Positions 39,342 to 50,109 of a stretch of 64,000 nt of DNA are shown one piece after another (position 1 is the first letter of the stretch; every line of letters starts with the position of its first letter). The notes beneath the pieces are model-generated. The model saw only the letters and a program-made list of their open reading frames with translations, had not been told where the DNA came from and ran no database searches. The stretch spans positions 905,553-969,552 of the forward strand of contig CAZFGX010000001.1 of NCBI GenBank assembly GCA_964518565.1, in the 5' to 3' direction. The position numbers and the translations under genes are program-made. The stretch comes from an uncultured Gammaproteobacteria bacterium (GTDB taxonomy: Bacteria; Patescibacteriota; Microgenomatia; CAZETR01; Amesbacteraceae).

Positions 39342-40037
39342 GTGAATCCGCACAATCTTCACAACGCCAAAATATACGCCGAAAACAGTGCTGCCGCAGC
39401 CAATTTTTTAGCCACCAGCCAAGTCGTCCAATCAGCTCTTCGTCACTGGATCGAAAAATTTGTCTCCACCAACCCTATTCGCATACTCGAACTCGGCAGC
39501 AGTTCTCGTCTAGATCGCTGGCAAATTATTAGTCGCCAGACGACTCGCACATACGATATCGTTTTGTCAGACTTCACCCTCTCAGCCCTGCCTCAAGATC
39601 TGCCTTCCACCGATCAAATGAAACTTCGGGCTATTCAGCTAGATCTGCTCAAAGACAAATTTCCCAAATACCCCTTCAATCTTATTTTGGCTACCTACGT
39701 CTTTGATGCTATTTGGTTTCCTCAAGATCAATATATGAATCATATTCACTACCCCGGCGGGCTGATAGCCAAAGTCCAAGAAGCCTTCTCTACCTGTCTA
39801 GATCGGACTGGCATCTTTATGTCCATTGATCGCACCTCTACCAAATTTGTCCCTGAATATGAAATGTCTGGTACTGCTCGGTTCAAGACCGAAAATTATG
39901 AACTGGCCAAACAAGCGCTCTCCGGCCACGGATTTCGTGCAGATATTCTCAATCTCAATCATTTTCTCGAGCTCGCCGGTACCCGCCTACCCTTAGATTT
40001 ATCAGATCACTCCGTCTTAATCGTTACCAACAGCTGA
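39342..40037 (+). CDS. SAM-dependent methyltransferase-like protein
   Basis: RILELGSS, VLSDF, FNLILATYVFD. Confidence 0.55.
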   Translation: MNPHNLHNAKIYAENSAAAANFLATSQVVQSALRHWIEKFVSTNPIRILELGSSSRLDRWQIISRQTTRTYDIVLSDFTLSALPQDLPSTDQMKLRAIQLDLLKDKFPKYPFNLILATYVFDAIWFPQDQYMNHIHYPGGLIAKVQEAFSTCLDRTGIFMSIDRTSTKFVPEYEMSGTARFKTENYELAKQALSGHGFRADILNLNHFLELAGTRLPLDLSDHSVLIVTNS

Positions 40038-40049
40038 TACAATATATCT

Positions 40050-40253
40050 ATGGCCAAAAGTCCTCGCCACAATCTCATCAAATATATCCTCGCCGGTGGC
40101 GCCCTCATCTTTTTTTGGCGCGGCATTTGGGGCTTAGCCGACTTATATCTCATCCCCCATATTCCAGCTGCCAGTTATATCGTCTCTGTCATTATTGGCA
40201 TTGTATTACTGGTTATCGACCACCGTTATCTCAAAGAATTACAAAACCACTAA
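40050..40253 (+). CDS. small two-TM protein
   Basis: FFWRGIWGLADLY motif. Confidence 0.72.
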   Translation: MAKSPRHNLIKYILAGGALIFFWRGIWGLADLYLIPHIPAASYIVSVIIGIVLLVIDHRYLKELQNH

Positions 40254-40254
40254 C

Positions 40255-41187
40255 ATGCGTATTCTGATTACTGGCGGTGCCGGCTTTATTGGTTCACACA
40301 TCCAAGATGCGTTGATTGCTGCAGGTCACGAAGTGGCCATTCTCGATAGTCTCCGCTCCGGAAATACCTCCAATCTCCACCCGAAATCAGTCTTCCATCA
40401 AGTAGATATTCGAGACACACAAAAAGTACCCGAAATATTCAAATCTTTCATACCAGAAGCCGTTTTTCATCTAGCAGCTCAAAACGAAGTCCCTCATTCC
40501 ATGTCGCACCCCCAAGAAGACCTAGATATAAACATCGTCGGCGGATTCAATCTCCTAGAAGCCTGTCGTCAAACTGGTGTAAAAAAACTTATTTATTCAA
40601 ATACTGGCGGTGCCTACTATGGCGAAGTGCCCGAAAGTGCTCTCCCCATCACTGAAGACGAGCCCATCAAAAAACCCACCAGCTTCTACGGTGTCTCCAA
40701 AGCTACATTTGAACAATATCTCAAGCTCTACAGCACTGTCTTTGGCCTATCATATGTTTCTCTCCGTTATTCAAATGTCTACGGCCCTCGCCAAGCTGGC
40801 AACAAAGAAGCCGGCATTATTGCCATCTTCACCACCAAAATGCTCGCTGGAGAGACTCCCACCATCTTTGGCGACGGTGGCCACACCCGGGATTATGTCT
40901 ATGTAGCCGATGTCGTCGCCGCCAATCTAGCAGCTCTCGACTATTCTCAAAACGATTATTTCAACATCTGCACCAGCGTCGAGACGTCAAACAACCAAGT
41001 CTACGCCGCACTAGAATCCGTCCTCAAAACTGGCAAACCCGCCAATTACGGCCCCGATCGCCCTGGCGATGTCCGTCGCAATGTCCTCTCCAACACCAAA
41101 GCCAAAAAACTCCTCAACTGGTCTCCAAAAACAGATCTAGCATCCGGCGTCCACCAAACCGTCGAATTTTACCAGCACGCCAAATGA
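40255..41187 (+). CDS. NAD-dependent epimerase (UDP-glucose 4-epimerase-like)
   Basis: ILITGGAGFIGSH, YGVSK, NVYGPRQ, RDYVYV. Confidence 0.93.
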   Translation: MRILITGGAGFIGSHIQDALIAAGHEVAILDSLRSGNTSNLHPKSVFHQVDIRDTQKVPEIFKSFIPEAVFHLAAQNEVPHSMSHPQEDLDINIVGGFNLLEACRQTGVKKLIYSNTGGAYYGEVPESALPITEDEPIKKPTSFYGVSKATFEQYLKLYSTVFGLSYVSLRYSNVYGPRQAGNKEAGIIAIFTTKMLAGETPTIFGDGGHTRDYVYVADVVAANLAALDYSQNDYFNICTSVETSNNQVYAALESVLKTGKPANYGPDRPGDVRRNVLSNTKAKKLLNWSPKTDLASGVHQTVEFYQHAK

Positions 41188-41588
41188 TTACCCTCGCCCA
41201 GTGGACCACTCTGCACCACCTCAATATCACTCCTCATACCTTTGACCAATCGACCCATACTGCCGCCCAAGCCGCTACTCAACTTGGCTGCGACATTGGC
41301 CAAATAGCCAAATCTATCGTCTTCAAAACCCCCGAAGGATTTGTTTTGGCTATTGGCCGTGGTGGCCAACAAATCGATCTGCCACATCCCAAAGCCTCTG
41401 CCCAAGAAGTGCTCTCTGCCACCGGTTACCAGATAGGCGGTGTCCCACCATTTGCCCTACCTCAGCCCTTCTTTGATCCCAAACTTCTCGACTACCCTAT
41501 CGTCTACGCCTCAGCCGGTACAGCCAATTCTGTCTTTGCCATTGCTCCCAAAAAACTTCTCGAATTCACCCAAGCCCAACTAATCTAG
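41184..41588 (+). CDS. YbaK/EbsC aminoacyl-tRNA deacylase family protein
   Basis: [26 protein letters not shown]. Confidence 0.9.
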   Translation: MITLAQWTTLHHLNITPHTFDQSTHTAAQAATQLGCDIGQIAKSIVFKTPEGFVLAIGRGGQQIDLPHPKASAQEVLSATGYQIGGVPPFALPQPFFDPKLLDYPIVYASAGTANSVFAIAPKKLLEFTQAQLI

Positions 41589-42650
41589 ATAATCCTGCAA
41601 TTTCTTCCGTCGTGATGGATGCTTCAGCTTTCGCAAAGCTTTCGCTTCGATTTGTCGAATACGTTCTCGAGTCACCCCAAACTCTCGTCCCACTTCTTCC
41701 AAAGTCATTGGGTTCTTACCTTCCAATCCAAATCGCATTTTCAGTACTTTCGCTTCCCGATCAGTCAATGTAGACAACACTTCATCGATATTTTCTTTCA
41801 ACAATTCTCGTGAAGCCTGTTCTATCGGTGACAATTGGGACGTGTCAGCAATAAAGTCTCCCAGCATCGAGTCTTCTTCATCACCCACTGGCGTTTCTAA
41901 GCTGGTCGTATCTTGAGCGATCTTCAAAATCTCTCGTACCCGAGTCGGCGTCATTCCATCTCCCATGACTTCAGCCACTTCTTCCGCTGTTGGCTCGCGA
42001 CCCAATTGCTGCATCAGCTGACGTTGAATCCGAATCAGTTTATTGATGGTTTCCACCATATGTACAGGAATACGAATGGTTCGAGCCTGATCCGCAATTG
42101 CCCGGGTAATCGCCTGGCGAATCCACCAGGTGGCATAGGTACTAAATTTAAATCCCTTTCGCCAATCATACTTCTCTACCGCCCGAATCAAGCCTTGATT
42201 TCCTTCCTGAATCAGGTCGAGTAAAGATAGTCCTCTCATCACATATTTTTTGGCGATAGATACGACTAAACGCAAATTACTTTCTGTCAGTTTTCGCTTC
42301 GCCTTCCGATCACCCTTTTCATTTTTCTGTGCCAAAGAAATTTCTTCTTCAGAAGACAGCAATGGAATCTTTCCGATCTCTCGCAAATACATCCGTACCG
42401 GATCCGTAGACACTCCACCTTCCACTTTGGTCAATGCCTCTATCTCTTTATCTAGTTCCACCAAAGATTTTTCATCCACTTCAGCTTCTTCTTCCGTTAC
42501 CGTTTCAAATACATCAATATTTTGTTCCAACAATTGTCGAAACAGCTCATCCAATTCTGCTACTCGATCTTCAGCGTCTGGAAATGCCTCCAAAATCTCA
42601 TCAATGGTCAAATAGCCTTGTTTTTTACCTGTTTGAATTAATTTTTCCAT
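41580..42650 (-). CDS. rpoD: primary RNA polymerase sigma factor
   Basis: [47 protein letters not shown]. Confidence 0.98.
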   Translation of the reverse strand: MEKLIQTGKKQGYLTIDEILEAFPDAEDRVAELDELFRQLLEQNIDVFETVTEEEAEVDEKSLVELDKEIEALTKVEGGVSTDPVRMYLREIGKIPLLSSEEEISLAQKNEKGDRKAKRKLTESNLRLVVSIAKKYVMRGLSLLDLIQEGNQGLIRAVEKYDWRKGFKFSTYATWWIRQAITRAIADQARTIRIPVHMVETINKLIRIQRQLMQQLGREPTAEEVAEVMGDGMTPTRVREILKIAQDTTSLETPVGDEEDSMLGDFIADTSQLSPIEQASRELLKENIDEVLSTLTDREAKVLKMRFGLEGKNPMTLEEVGREFGVTRERIRQIEAKALRKLKHPSRRKKLQDYLD

Positions 42651-42709
42651 AATAAAACGGTTCTCAACCAAAAAAAGCCCCTGTCAATAGGCTAGCCGAT
42701 TTTACCTGC

Positions 42710-44431
42710 CTACTTCCCCCGAGTCAACTCGGATAATTTTTTCACCAAATCGGCCGTTTTTCCCAAGCCATCCTCTTGTCCCGCCAACCGATCCAATTGT
42801 TCACGAATATCCACGATCTCCAGTTCTTGCACTGCTCGTTTCCATTCGTTTCGCACATCTTTGACCTGGTTATCAGCCAACAACACATCTTGCACCTGAC
42901 CCACCAGTTCAGCCGGTAATTTCCCCACCGCTTCACGAACACTAACGGCTGACATATCCAATTTTTCCAACACCCGCTTCCAAAAACTCGTCTGAACAAG
43001 TGCTCGCATATGAGTATCAGCAACCAATTCTAATGTTTCATATCCCAATGCCAACCCCACCACATATGCTTCCAAAACTTCTCGCCTACTCTTCTTACCC
43101 GCAACTTTTTTTACTTCAACCGCAGGAGCAGATACCGGCTTATTAGCCTTACCCAACTGTACTCGCACGTCTTCCTCTCGCACTCCCAAAGTTTGTGCCA
43201 ACAAATGTATGTAATGAGCTTTGACGATCTCATCTGAAATTTTAGAAATAACTGGCATCATCTCCTCACCAATTTTCTTTTTCCCTTGTACATCCAAACC
43301 AAATCGCTTCACTGCAGACTGTAAATAAAAATCATAAACTGGTATCGCTTCTTCTACAACTCGTTTCCACAAATCTGGATCCGCAATTGCCATCTCCCCT
43401 GGATCTTTATATGTTGTATTGTATGCCGCAAAATTTGTCACTTTCACAAACAGTCCCGCCTGAAAAGCAATATCAATTCCTCGTCGCGCAGCTGCATCAC
43501 CTGCCACATCCGCATCCAAAGACAAGACCACAGTCTCTGCCAAACGTCGAATCAGCTCTACTTGCCGTTCAGTCAATGCCGACCCTTTAATTGCCACTAC
43601 ATGCCGCACACCAGCCTGCCAACTGGCGATACTATCCAACTCCCCCTCCACCACCACTGCCACTCCCTCGCGTTTTATATCCGAACGATTCAAATCCAAT
43701 CCATACAACAATTCGCTCTTGTGATACAGCTCTGTCTCTGCCGTATTTACATACTTCGCTTCTTGACTAGCCTGATCACTTGGCAATACCCGTCCAGCAA
43801 ATCCCACCACCTGTCCTCGCTGATTTGCCAATGGAAACATCAACCGATTCCGGAATCGGTCAAAATATTTGCCCGTCCGCTCACTCTTCCCCACTAGTCC
43901 CACCGCCACAAGTTCCGCCACCTCATATCCTTTTTTCTTCACCGCAAACCCTTCCAAAAAATGCCAATCATTCGGCGCAAATCCCAGCTTATATCTCACC
44001 AGTGTTTCCCGAGTTATCCCCCGTGCCAAAATATATTCCAGTGCCGGCTTACCCATCGCGTGTTGCAGCAACAGCCAATGATATGCCTCAGCCACGACAG
44101 TGTTCACCGCCACCATTCGTTCCCGCTTCTTCTCATTATCATTTGGCGAGTAATGCTGCAGCTGTACCCCTACTCGTTTTGCCAAATACTGCAAACTCTC
44201 AGAAAAATTCATCCCTTCGATGTCCTCCATAAACCGAAAACAATCTCCTCCTTTTCCACATCCAAAACATTTATAGATCTGCAATTCCGTATTCACCATA
44301 AACGATGGCGATTTCTCACCATGAAACGGACACAGACCTTTGTAGTTGCGTCCAGCCTTTTTCAGTTGAACATATTCACCTACCAAGGTCACCATATCCA
44401 CTTTTTGTTTCACTTCTTCTACCTGATCCAC
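42710..44431 (-). CDS. dnaG: DNA primase
   Basis: CPFHGEKSPSF zinc finger, DRFRNRLMFP, VEGELD and LSLDAD TOPRIM motifs. Confidence 0.97.
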   Translation of the reverse strand: MDQVEEVKQKVDMVTLVGEYVQLKKAGRNYKGLCPFHGEKSPSFMVNTELQIYKCFGCGKGGDCFRFMEDIEGMNFSESLQYLAKRVGVQLQHYSPNDNEKKRERMVAVNTVVAEAYHWLLLQHAMGKPALEYILARGITRETLVRYKLGFAPNDWHFLEGFAVKKKGYEVAELVAVGLVGKSERTGKYFDRFRNRLMFPLANQRGQVVGFAGRVLPSDQASQEAKYVNTAETELYHKSELLYGLDLNRSDIKREGVAVVVEGELDSIASWQAGVRHVVAIKGSALTERQVELIRRLAETVVLSLDADVAGDAAARRGIDIAFQAGLFVKVTNFAAYNTTYKDPGEMAIADPDLWKRVVEEAIPVYDFYLQSAVKRFGLDVQGKKKIGEEMMPVISKISDEIVKAHYIHLLAQTLGVREEDVRVQLGKANKPVSAPAVEVKKVAGKKSRREVLEAYVVGLALGYETLELVADTHMRALVQTSFWKRVLEKLDMSAVSVREAVGKLPAELVGQVQDVLLADNQVKDVRNEWKRAVQELEIVDIREQLDRLAGQEDGLGKTADLVKKLSELTRGK

Positions 44432-44440
44432 TCCCAAATC

Positions 44441-45862
44441 TTACCACTTGATCTCTACATCGCGATCGACAATCAAATCTGAAACAATCGACCCATTCCG
44501 AATCAATTGAAAACCAAAATTCTCAACCCCCGGCTGCCGTCGTACCAACAATCCATTAAATCGCTGGTTTCCCACCAACGAAACTTGCGCCTCAGCCTGT
44601 CCACTTGCCGGCACTCGCGCCCAAAATCCAATGAGTTGTAAATTATCTCTCCCTTCGACGTCATACTCACCTTCAGATCGACCTACCAAAATCGATGCGG
44701 GTTGTTTGCCTACTTCATGGCTTCGTCGTTTCAACACTTGCTCACCAATTCGCACATAATCCACCAAATATTCCTTACGCACCACCACTCGTGTATATAC
44801 TAAATAATCCCCACCCCAAAATACTGGCGGCCTAGGCGTAGAAAAGGGGTTATCATTCTGCCAATCAATAGTTATCTGATTCCTCACTCCATTATCCTCC
44901 ACCCAAAGCTCTTGTTTTATTTTTCGTCCCACTAATCCGTTGGCTTTATTCGCTCCCAAATTATTTTCCACGACATATAAATAATCTTCTCCACCGGATC
45001 TAGTATCCAGTCGTCCAGTCCAATCTTTTTGTTTCATCCAATCCTGAACCATTTTGTCATCAAACCACACCAAAATTTGCTTTTTTTGCAAATTGTCATA
45101 CACCAATCGGCCCAATCCAACCAACTGCTCCAAACGAGCCCTTTTTGTCGATTCCAACAAAGCGCTTCCCACTACACTGAGAAAATCCCGCTTGTTAGTA
45201 TTACCAGAAAAAGTCCGTGTTTCAGCATATTTTTGAGCAAGTGAATACAAATTATTTTCAGTGATAATCTCATCATATGTTTCTGTTTTTACTTGTCCAA
45301 ATATTCCCAACCATGCCGACAATAGATCGAAATTCACTGCCACCACACCATCCACCTGACTTTCTCCCCCTTGTTGAAAAAACCACCTCACCGCCGGACC
45401 AGCTACTTCAAAATCAGGATCCCAATTCGCGTCACGCAATTTCCACCACCCTTGTCCAAAAGCTTCTTGTATAGGATACGGCGGTTCTACATGTCCGACC
45501 AATTGCCCATCAGGTTGGTAAATATCTTCCACTTGTACCGGCTTCATACCTGAATTTTTAAATTCTAGCTTCACATATGTCCCCATAAACCCCCCGCTCG
45601 ACCGTAGTTCAGTATTATTTTGCAAAAGTACCAAATACACCCGATCCTGAAAAATTTTTTCCCACCAACCTGTCGTACACCGATTTGCAATCCGAAACGG
45701 CAATCCCTGATAGTCAGAGTCTTCTTGCAATATTTGTCGTACAGATCCCGCAATCACAAATCCACACCCGCCTATTACTACTACGCCAACCAAAAATAGA
45801 ATTGCGACTACTCCAAACACTCCATACACAATTTTACTCATCAATCTATCATAAACCATCAA
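44441..45862 (-). CDS. DUF4012 domain protein
   Basis: YLVLLQNNTELRSSGGFMG, LRDANWDPDF, NLGANKAN. Confidence 0.85.
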   Translation of the reverse strand: MMVYDRLMSKIVYGVFGVVAILFLVGVVVIGGCGFVIAGSVRQILQEDSDYQGLPFRIANRCTTGWWEKIFQDRVYLVLLQNNTELRSSGGFMGTYVKLEFKNSGMKPVQVEDIYQPDGQLVGHVEPPYPIQEAFGQGWWKLRDANWDPDFEVAGPAVRWFFQQGGESQVDGVVAVNFDLLSAWLGIFGQVKTETYDEIITENNLYSLAQKYAETRTFSGNTNKRDFLSVVGSALLESTKRARLEQLVGLGRLVYDNLQKKQILVWFDDKMVQDWMKQKDWTGRLDTRSGGEDYLYVVENNLGANKANGLVGRKIKQELWVEDNGVRNQITIDWQNDNPFSTPRPPVFWGGDYLVYTRVVVRKEYLVDYVRIGEQVLKRRSHEVGKQPASILVGRSEGEYDVEGRDNLQLIGFWARVPASGQAEAQVSLVGNQRFNGLLVRRQPGVENFGFQLIRNGSIVSDLIVDRDVEIKW

Positions 45863-46018
45863 AAATATTTTCTCTTTTGAAAAAAAATTTAATAAAAGTT
45901 ACACCTTTAAATAGATAAATTAATTATTTTTTGTACACAAAAAATACTCCCAGAAAAATAGCTAAATTAACTTTCCAAAATACCCAAAAGAAAAGCGAAA
46001 AATTGCTATACTATTTAT

Positions 46019-46519
46019 ATGTTGCCAATATTTGTTCGCGCCTTTCTGGTTTTTTTACCAGCCGGTATCGCCAACATGACTCCAATACTAGCTGCTCATA
46101 CTCCAGCCCTAAAAAAGTTCGCCACCCCTTTAGATTTTGGCCACCACTTTCACCATAAACGCATCTTTGGTGATCACAAAACCTGGCGCGGACTAATAAC
46201 TGGTGTATTCACCGGCACCCTCACCAGCTTATTTTTCGGTCTACCGATCAGCTATGGTCTATTAGTTAGTTTCGGCGCCTTGGCCGGAGATGCGATCAAA
46301 AGCTTTTTCAAACGCCGCTTTAATGTCGCCTCTGGCCGTTCTTGGTTTCCTTTTGATCAAGTCGACTTTATTCTCGGCGGTCTACTTCTCGCCGCCTTGC
46401 TTGGCTCAGCCAACCCCACCCGTGGATTGGAAGTCTACATTTTCCTTCTCTATTTCGGTCTCCATCTTATTTCCAGTTTTGTCGGTTATCTTTTAAAATT
46501 AAAATCTAGTCCAATATGA
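46019..46519 (+). CDS. CDP-archaeol synthase (CarS/DUF46)-like cytidylyltransferase
   Basis: ANMTP, PLDFG, RIFGDHKTWRG, GDAIKSFFKRR, DQVD. Confidence 0.85.
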   Translation: MLPIFVRAFLVFLPAGIANMTPILAAHTPALKKFATPLDFGHHFHHKRIFGDHKTWRGLITGVFTGTLTSLFFGLPISYGLLVSFGALAGDAIKSFFKRRFNVASGRSWFPFDQVDFILGGLLLAALLGSANPTRGLEVYIFLLYFGLHLISSFVGYLLKLKSSPI

Positions 46520-47220
46520 AACGTCTCAGTGCCTATCTAGTTCATACATTGACTGCCACAGGCACCGTCTGCGGCCTACTTGCTCTCTATACCATTCATA
46601 CTCGAGAATACCAAACCACCTTCATCTTGCTGGCTATTGGTCTAATCATCGATGGTATAGACGGCACATTGGCTCGTAAAGTCGATATCAAACACTCCGG
46701 GGTCAAAATAGACGGTGCTCTCATGGACAATATTATCGACTACCTCACATATGCAATCGTCCCGGCCTTTTTCTTTCTTACCACCCCCTATTTATTACCC
46801 CAATGGCGCGTTCCAATAGCCGCAGCCATCGCCCTCTCCTCTGCTTTCCAGTTTAGCCAAACAGACGCCAAAACCGATGATCATTTCTTCAAAGGCTTCC
46901 CCGACTACTGGAACATTCTCATGTTCTACTTTTTCATTCTCAATCTCTCACCACTTCTAAATACTCTTATTGTCGGCCTCTGTATTCTGCTTGTCTTTAT
47001 TCCCATCAAATATGTCTACCCATCTCGACCAGATTATGTGACCAAATCCAAAATCATCAGGAAAACCATCAGCATTTCCACCTTAGTCTGGATTTTGTCT
47101 CTCTTTTTCTTACTTCTCTCTTTTCCCACATCCCATCGCACCACCCTCAACCTCAGTCTCCTCTACTGTGGCGCCTATGTCGCCATCAGCCTCTACCGCA
47201 CCTTCCGACCTCTAAAGTAA
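46516..47220 (+). CDS. phosphatidylcholine synthase-like CDP-alcohol phosphotransferase
   Basis: VHTLTATG, DGIDGTLAR, DGALMDNIIDYLTY, AKTDDHFFKGFPDYWN, PIKYVYPSR. Confidence 0.85.
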   Translation: MKRLSAYLVHTLTATGTVCGLLALYTIHTREYQTTFILLAIGLIIDGIDGTLARKVDIKHSGVKIDGALMDNIIDYLTYAIVPAFFFLTTPYLLPQWRVPIAAAIALSSAFQFSQTDAKTDDHFFKGFPDYWNILMFYFFILNLSPLLNTLIVGLCILLVFIPIKYVYPSRPDYVTKSKIIRKTISISTLVWILSLFFLLLSFPTSHRTTLNLSLLYCGAYVAISLYRTFRPLK

Positions 47221-47310
47221 TGGCGGAGAGGGCGAGATTCGAACTCGCGGTGAACTTGCGCCCACACACGCTTTCCAAGCGTGCGCACTAGACCGCTATG
47301 CGACCTCTCC
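47221..47310 (-). tRNA. tRNA-Ser(GGA)
   Basis: CACGC-TT-GGA-AA-GCGTG, long variable arm, ends GCCA. Confidence 0.96.
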
Positions 47311-47365
47311 AGGTTTAAACAACGAGACGTGCAATATCGAATCTCATTCGATATGCGACCTCTCC
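47297..47365 (-). repeat. duplicate of the first 14 nt of tRNA-Ser in a leader hairpin
   Basis: GGAGAGGTCGCATA at 47365-47352 and 47310-47297; TATCGAAT-GAG-ATTCGATA palindrome. Confidence 0.75.
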
Positions 47366-47407
47366 AAAAACATCTAATTTTACTCTACCAAATAAACCTC
47401 TAGCAAA

Positions 47408-48187
47408 TTAATGTAGATTTGCACCATACCCAAATGTATATAGCCAAGAAACAATTTGTCGAATTGGACTCGGCCATATAAGCGAAAACATATATCTATC
47501 TTCCACCATCCGTTTAGAATCTTCTATACGAATTACTGTCTCCATATCAGAGTGAATTCTGTGTTTCACCAGATCCCTATCTACATATACAAAACTTCCT
47601 GTCATTGCAGCGATTCTCCACCAAGCTTCCCAATCCAACGCGACTACCATATCATCGCGAAAAACAAATTTTCCCAATCGCGCTTTATGAAACATCACAC
47701 TTGGACATAAAATCGGACAACCCAATACCAACAAAGCCCGCTTCCGCCACAATTGACTAGCCCCACCCCAAATAAAAATTCCCGACAACAGCTGTTTAAT
47801 CAGCAAGCTAAAATATCCTCTCTTAGGATCAGTACGCAATTCAGAATATTTAGTAAAAATGATCAATGAGTTAGAACGTTGTCGTGCCGCCAACAAGCAA
47901 CATTCTGTATAGCTCGAATCATAGATATCATCTTGGTGCGCCAAGGTCACGTATTGTGTCTTGGCCAAAGCATAGGCTTTTGACCAATCTGGGCCAATAC
48001 CCTTCCCTGAATGGGGATACAATCTGAGACGATATTTTTCAGCAATTTTTTTTAAAAAAGGACTGGGAGTAGATGTAGAAATAAAAATTTCGCTTTTCAC
48101 TGTTTGTGCCAACAACGAGCGAATACAATCTTCCAAATAAACGGAGTCTTTATAAGCCAATACTACAAAACTATGTACGTAATCCAT
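47408..48187 (-). CDS. GT2 glycosyltransferase (start uncertain, up to 48205)
   Basis: SFVVLAY, LAHQDDIY, LDWEAW. Confidence 0.88.
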   Translation of the reverse strand: MDYVHSFVVLAYKDSVYLEDCIRSLLAQTVKSEIFISTSTPSPFLKKIAEKYRLRLYPHSGKGIGPDWSKAYALAKTQYVTLAHQDDIYDSSYTECCLLAARQRSNSLIIFTKYSELRTDPKRGYFSLLIKQLLSGIFIWGGASQLWRKRALLVLGCPILCPSVMFHKARLGKFVFRDDMVVALDWEAWWRIAAMTGSFVYVDRDLVKHRIHSDMETVIRIEDSKRMVEDRYMFSLIWPSPIRQIVSWLYTFGYGANLH

Positions 48188-48229
48188 CAAAAACATATTA
48201 TACAAACATTTTTGGTAAAATAATTCGTA

Positions 48230-48922
48230 ATGAAGCCAAAAATTTCGCTAATCATCCCCTGCTTTAACGAAGCAGAAAGCATAGGCTCAGTACTCAAGTC
48301 CATACCAAAAACAGCAAATATCGAAACAATAGTCATCGACAACAATTCACGAGACCAAACAGCAACTATTGCCAAAAAAATGGGAGCCAAAGTAATCTTT
48401 GAACCCAGACAAGGAAAGGGATATGCAGTGAGAACTGGAATAAAAAATATCGACAAAAAATCTGAATATGTTGTAATGCTTGACGGTGACAACACCTACA
48501 GACCAGAAGAAATATTTCGTCTAGTTGAACCACTACAAAATAATTTTTGCGATGTCATATTGGGTTCGCGCCTGAGTGGAAAAGTAAAACCAAACTCAAT
48601 GAAATTCCATAGCCGAGTCGGAAATTGGTTCTTTTCCTTTTTAGTTAGATTTTTTTACGTGACAAATGTTACAGATGTCCTCACGGGATACTTTGCCTGG
48701 AAAACTGATGCGATTAAAAAACTTCTTCCTGTATTAACCTCCCAAGGTTTTGAAATAGAAATGGAAATGATCACAAAAATGGCCAAAATGGGCTATGGCA
48801 TATACTCTGTTCCAATTACCTACGACAAAAGGATTGGCAAATCAAACCTAAGCAGTATAAAAGATGGAATAAAAATCTTTAAAGAATTTTTAAAAAATTT
48901 ACAATGGAAACCACAAAAATAA
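48230..48922 (+). CDS. GT2 DPM1-like polyprenol-phosphate glycosyltransferase
   Basis: IIPCFNE, IDNNSRD, MLDGDNTY, GFEIEME. Confidence 0.92.
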   Translation: MKPKISLIIPCFNEAESIGSVLKSIPKTANIETIVIDNNSRDQTATIAKKMGAKVIFEPRQGKGYAVRTGIKNIDKKSEYVVMLDGDNTYRPEEIFRLVEPLQNNFCDVILGSRLSGKVKPNSMKFHSRVGNWFFSFLVRFFYVTNVTDVLTGYFAWKTDAIKKLLPVLTSQGFEIEMEMITKMAKMGYGIYSVPITYDKRIGKSNLSSIKDGIKIFKEFLKNLQWKPQK

Positions 48923-50109
48923 AAATTTTTTGGATAGTTCCACATTTAAATCTTTGGCAAGGGGGGTATAGATTTATCGCAGACTTATGCAAACAAACAT
49001 CAAATCAAATAACGACCACAATTGGTTACTCATCAGGAAAACAGGATTTAATTAGACATTTTGAACAAAGCAATGTCATAACAAAAAAAATTGGCGCTAT
49101 TGGAACAAATATCTTTTGGTATTGGGTACTAAGTCCACTATTTATTCTAGTTGAAATCATTTGTTCGTTAAAAACAACTAAAAATAACGACAAGGTAATC
49201 GCTTCACTTTTCCCCTCCATCTTCGTTTCCGCTGTATGCGCAAAAATATTTAAAAAAGATTTCATTCATTTTTGTTTTGTACCTTATCCATGGTTCTATG
49301 ACGAAAAATTTATCGACGAGCACAAATTTTATTTACGCGTCGCATTCAAGTTCTTAAGGTTTATATACACACCCTTAGATAAATGGGCTGCCAAATCTGC
49401 CAAAAAAACAATAACCCTGGATCCAATTAGTGCTGAACAAATCCATACGGTATATGGAATAAAAGCATTTCAAATTTCGTTAGGAATCGATACAAAACAT
49501 TTTCGGCCAATAAATAAAAAAAGAAATGAGATATATAAAAAATATTCATCTAATAAAATAATTTTTCATTCAACCGATTATTCACATTTAAAAAAAACAG
49601 AGAGAGTAATTGACATATTTACCGACGTTCAAAAAAAAATACCCAATACATTATTACTTATTAGTACTACCAGACCAGGAACCGCGGATGAAATTCGAAT
49701 TAAGAACAAAATAGTAAAACTAGGATTAAGCAAAAAAATTATTCTAACGGGAAAAATTGAGTATCAATTACTACCATACTACTTCTCAGCTGCAAGTTGT
49801 TACATTTCCCTTGCTGAAAATACCGCCATGTCAAATGTAAACTTACCTGTAAAGGAGGCGCTCGCCTGCGAAACAGCAGCAATAAGAACCCAAACCATAG
49901 TTCCAGATGTAACGAACAACAAATCCGGTTTCATAGTTAATCCCAATAACAAAAACCAAGTTATAAACAGAATCATGTATCTACTCAACAATCCGCTTCG
50001 TGCAAAAAAAATGGGCGTTTGGGGGAGGAAATCGATAATTCAACAATACTCATGGGAAAGAACTAGCGAAAAATTTGTTTCATTAATAGCTAATAACAAA
50101 AGTAATTAA
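48904..50109 (+). CDS. GT4 glycosyltransferase
   Basis: GIDTKHFRP, NLPVKEALAC, YSWE. Confidence 0.85.
   Translation: METTKIKIFWIVPHLNLWQGGYRFIADLCKQTSNQITTTIGYSSGKQDLIRHFEQSNVITKKIGAIGTNIFWYWVLSPLFILVEIICSLKTTKNNDKVIASLFPSIFVSAVCAKIFKKDFIHFCFVPYPWFYDEKFIDEHKFYLRVAFKFLRFIYTPLDKWAAKSAKKTITLDPISAEQIHTVYGIKAFQISLGIDTKHFRPINKKRNEIYKKYSSNKIIFHSTDYSHLKKTERVIDIFTDVQKKIPNTLLLISTTRPGTADEIRIKNKIVKLGLSKKIILTGKIEYQLLPYYFSAASCYISLAENTAMSNVNLPVKEALACETAAIRTQTIVPDVTNNKSGFIVNPNNKNQVINRIMYLLNNPLRAKKMGVWGRKSIIQQYSWERTSEKFVSLIANNKSN

Noticed and set aside
41184-46519. Alternative genetic code (TGA=Gly) or AGA reassignment
   Set aside because: TGA ends genes at ATGA overlaps (41187, 46519), and AGA encodes a conserved Arg in rpoD.
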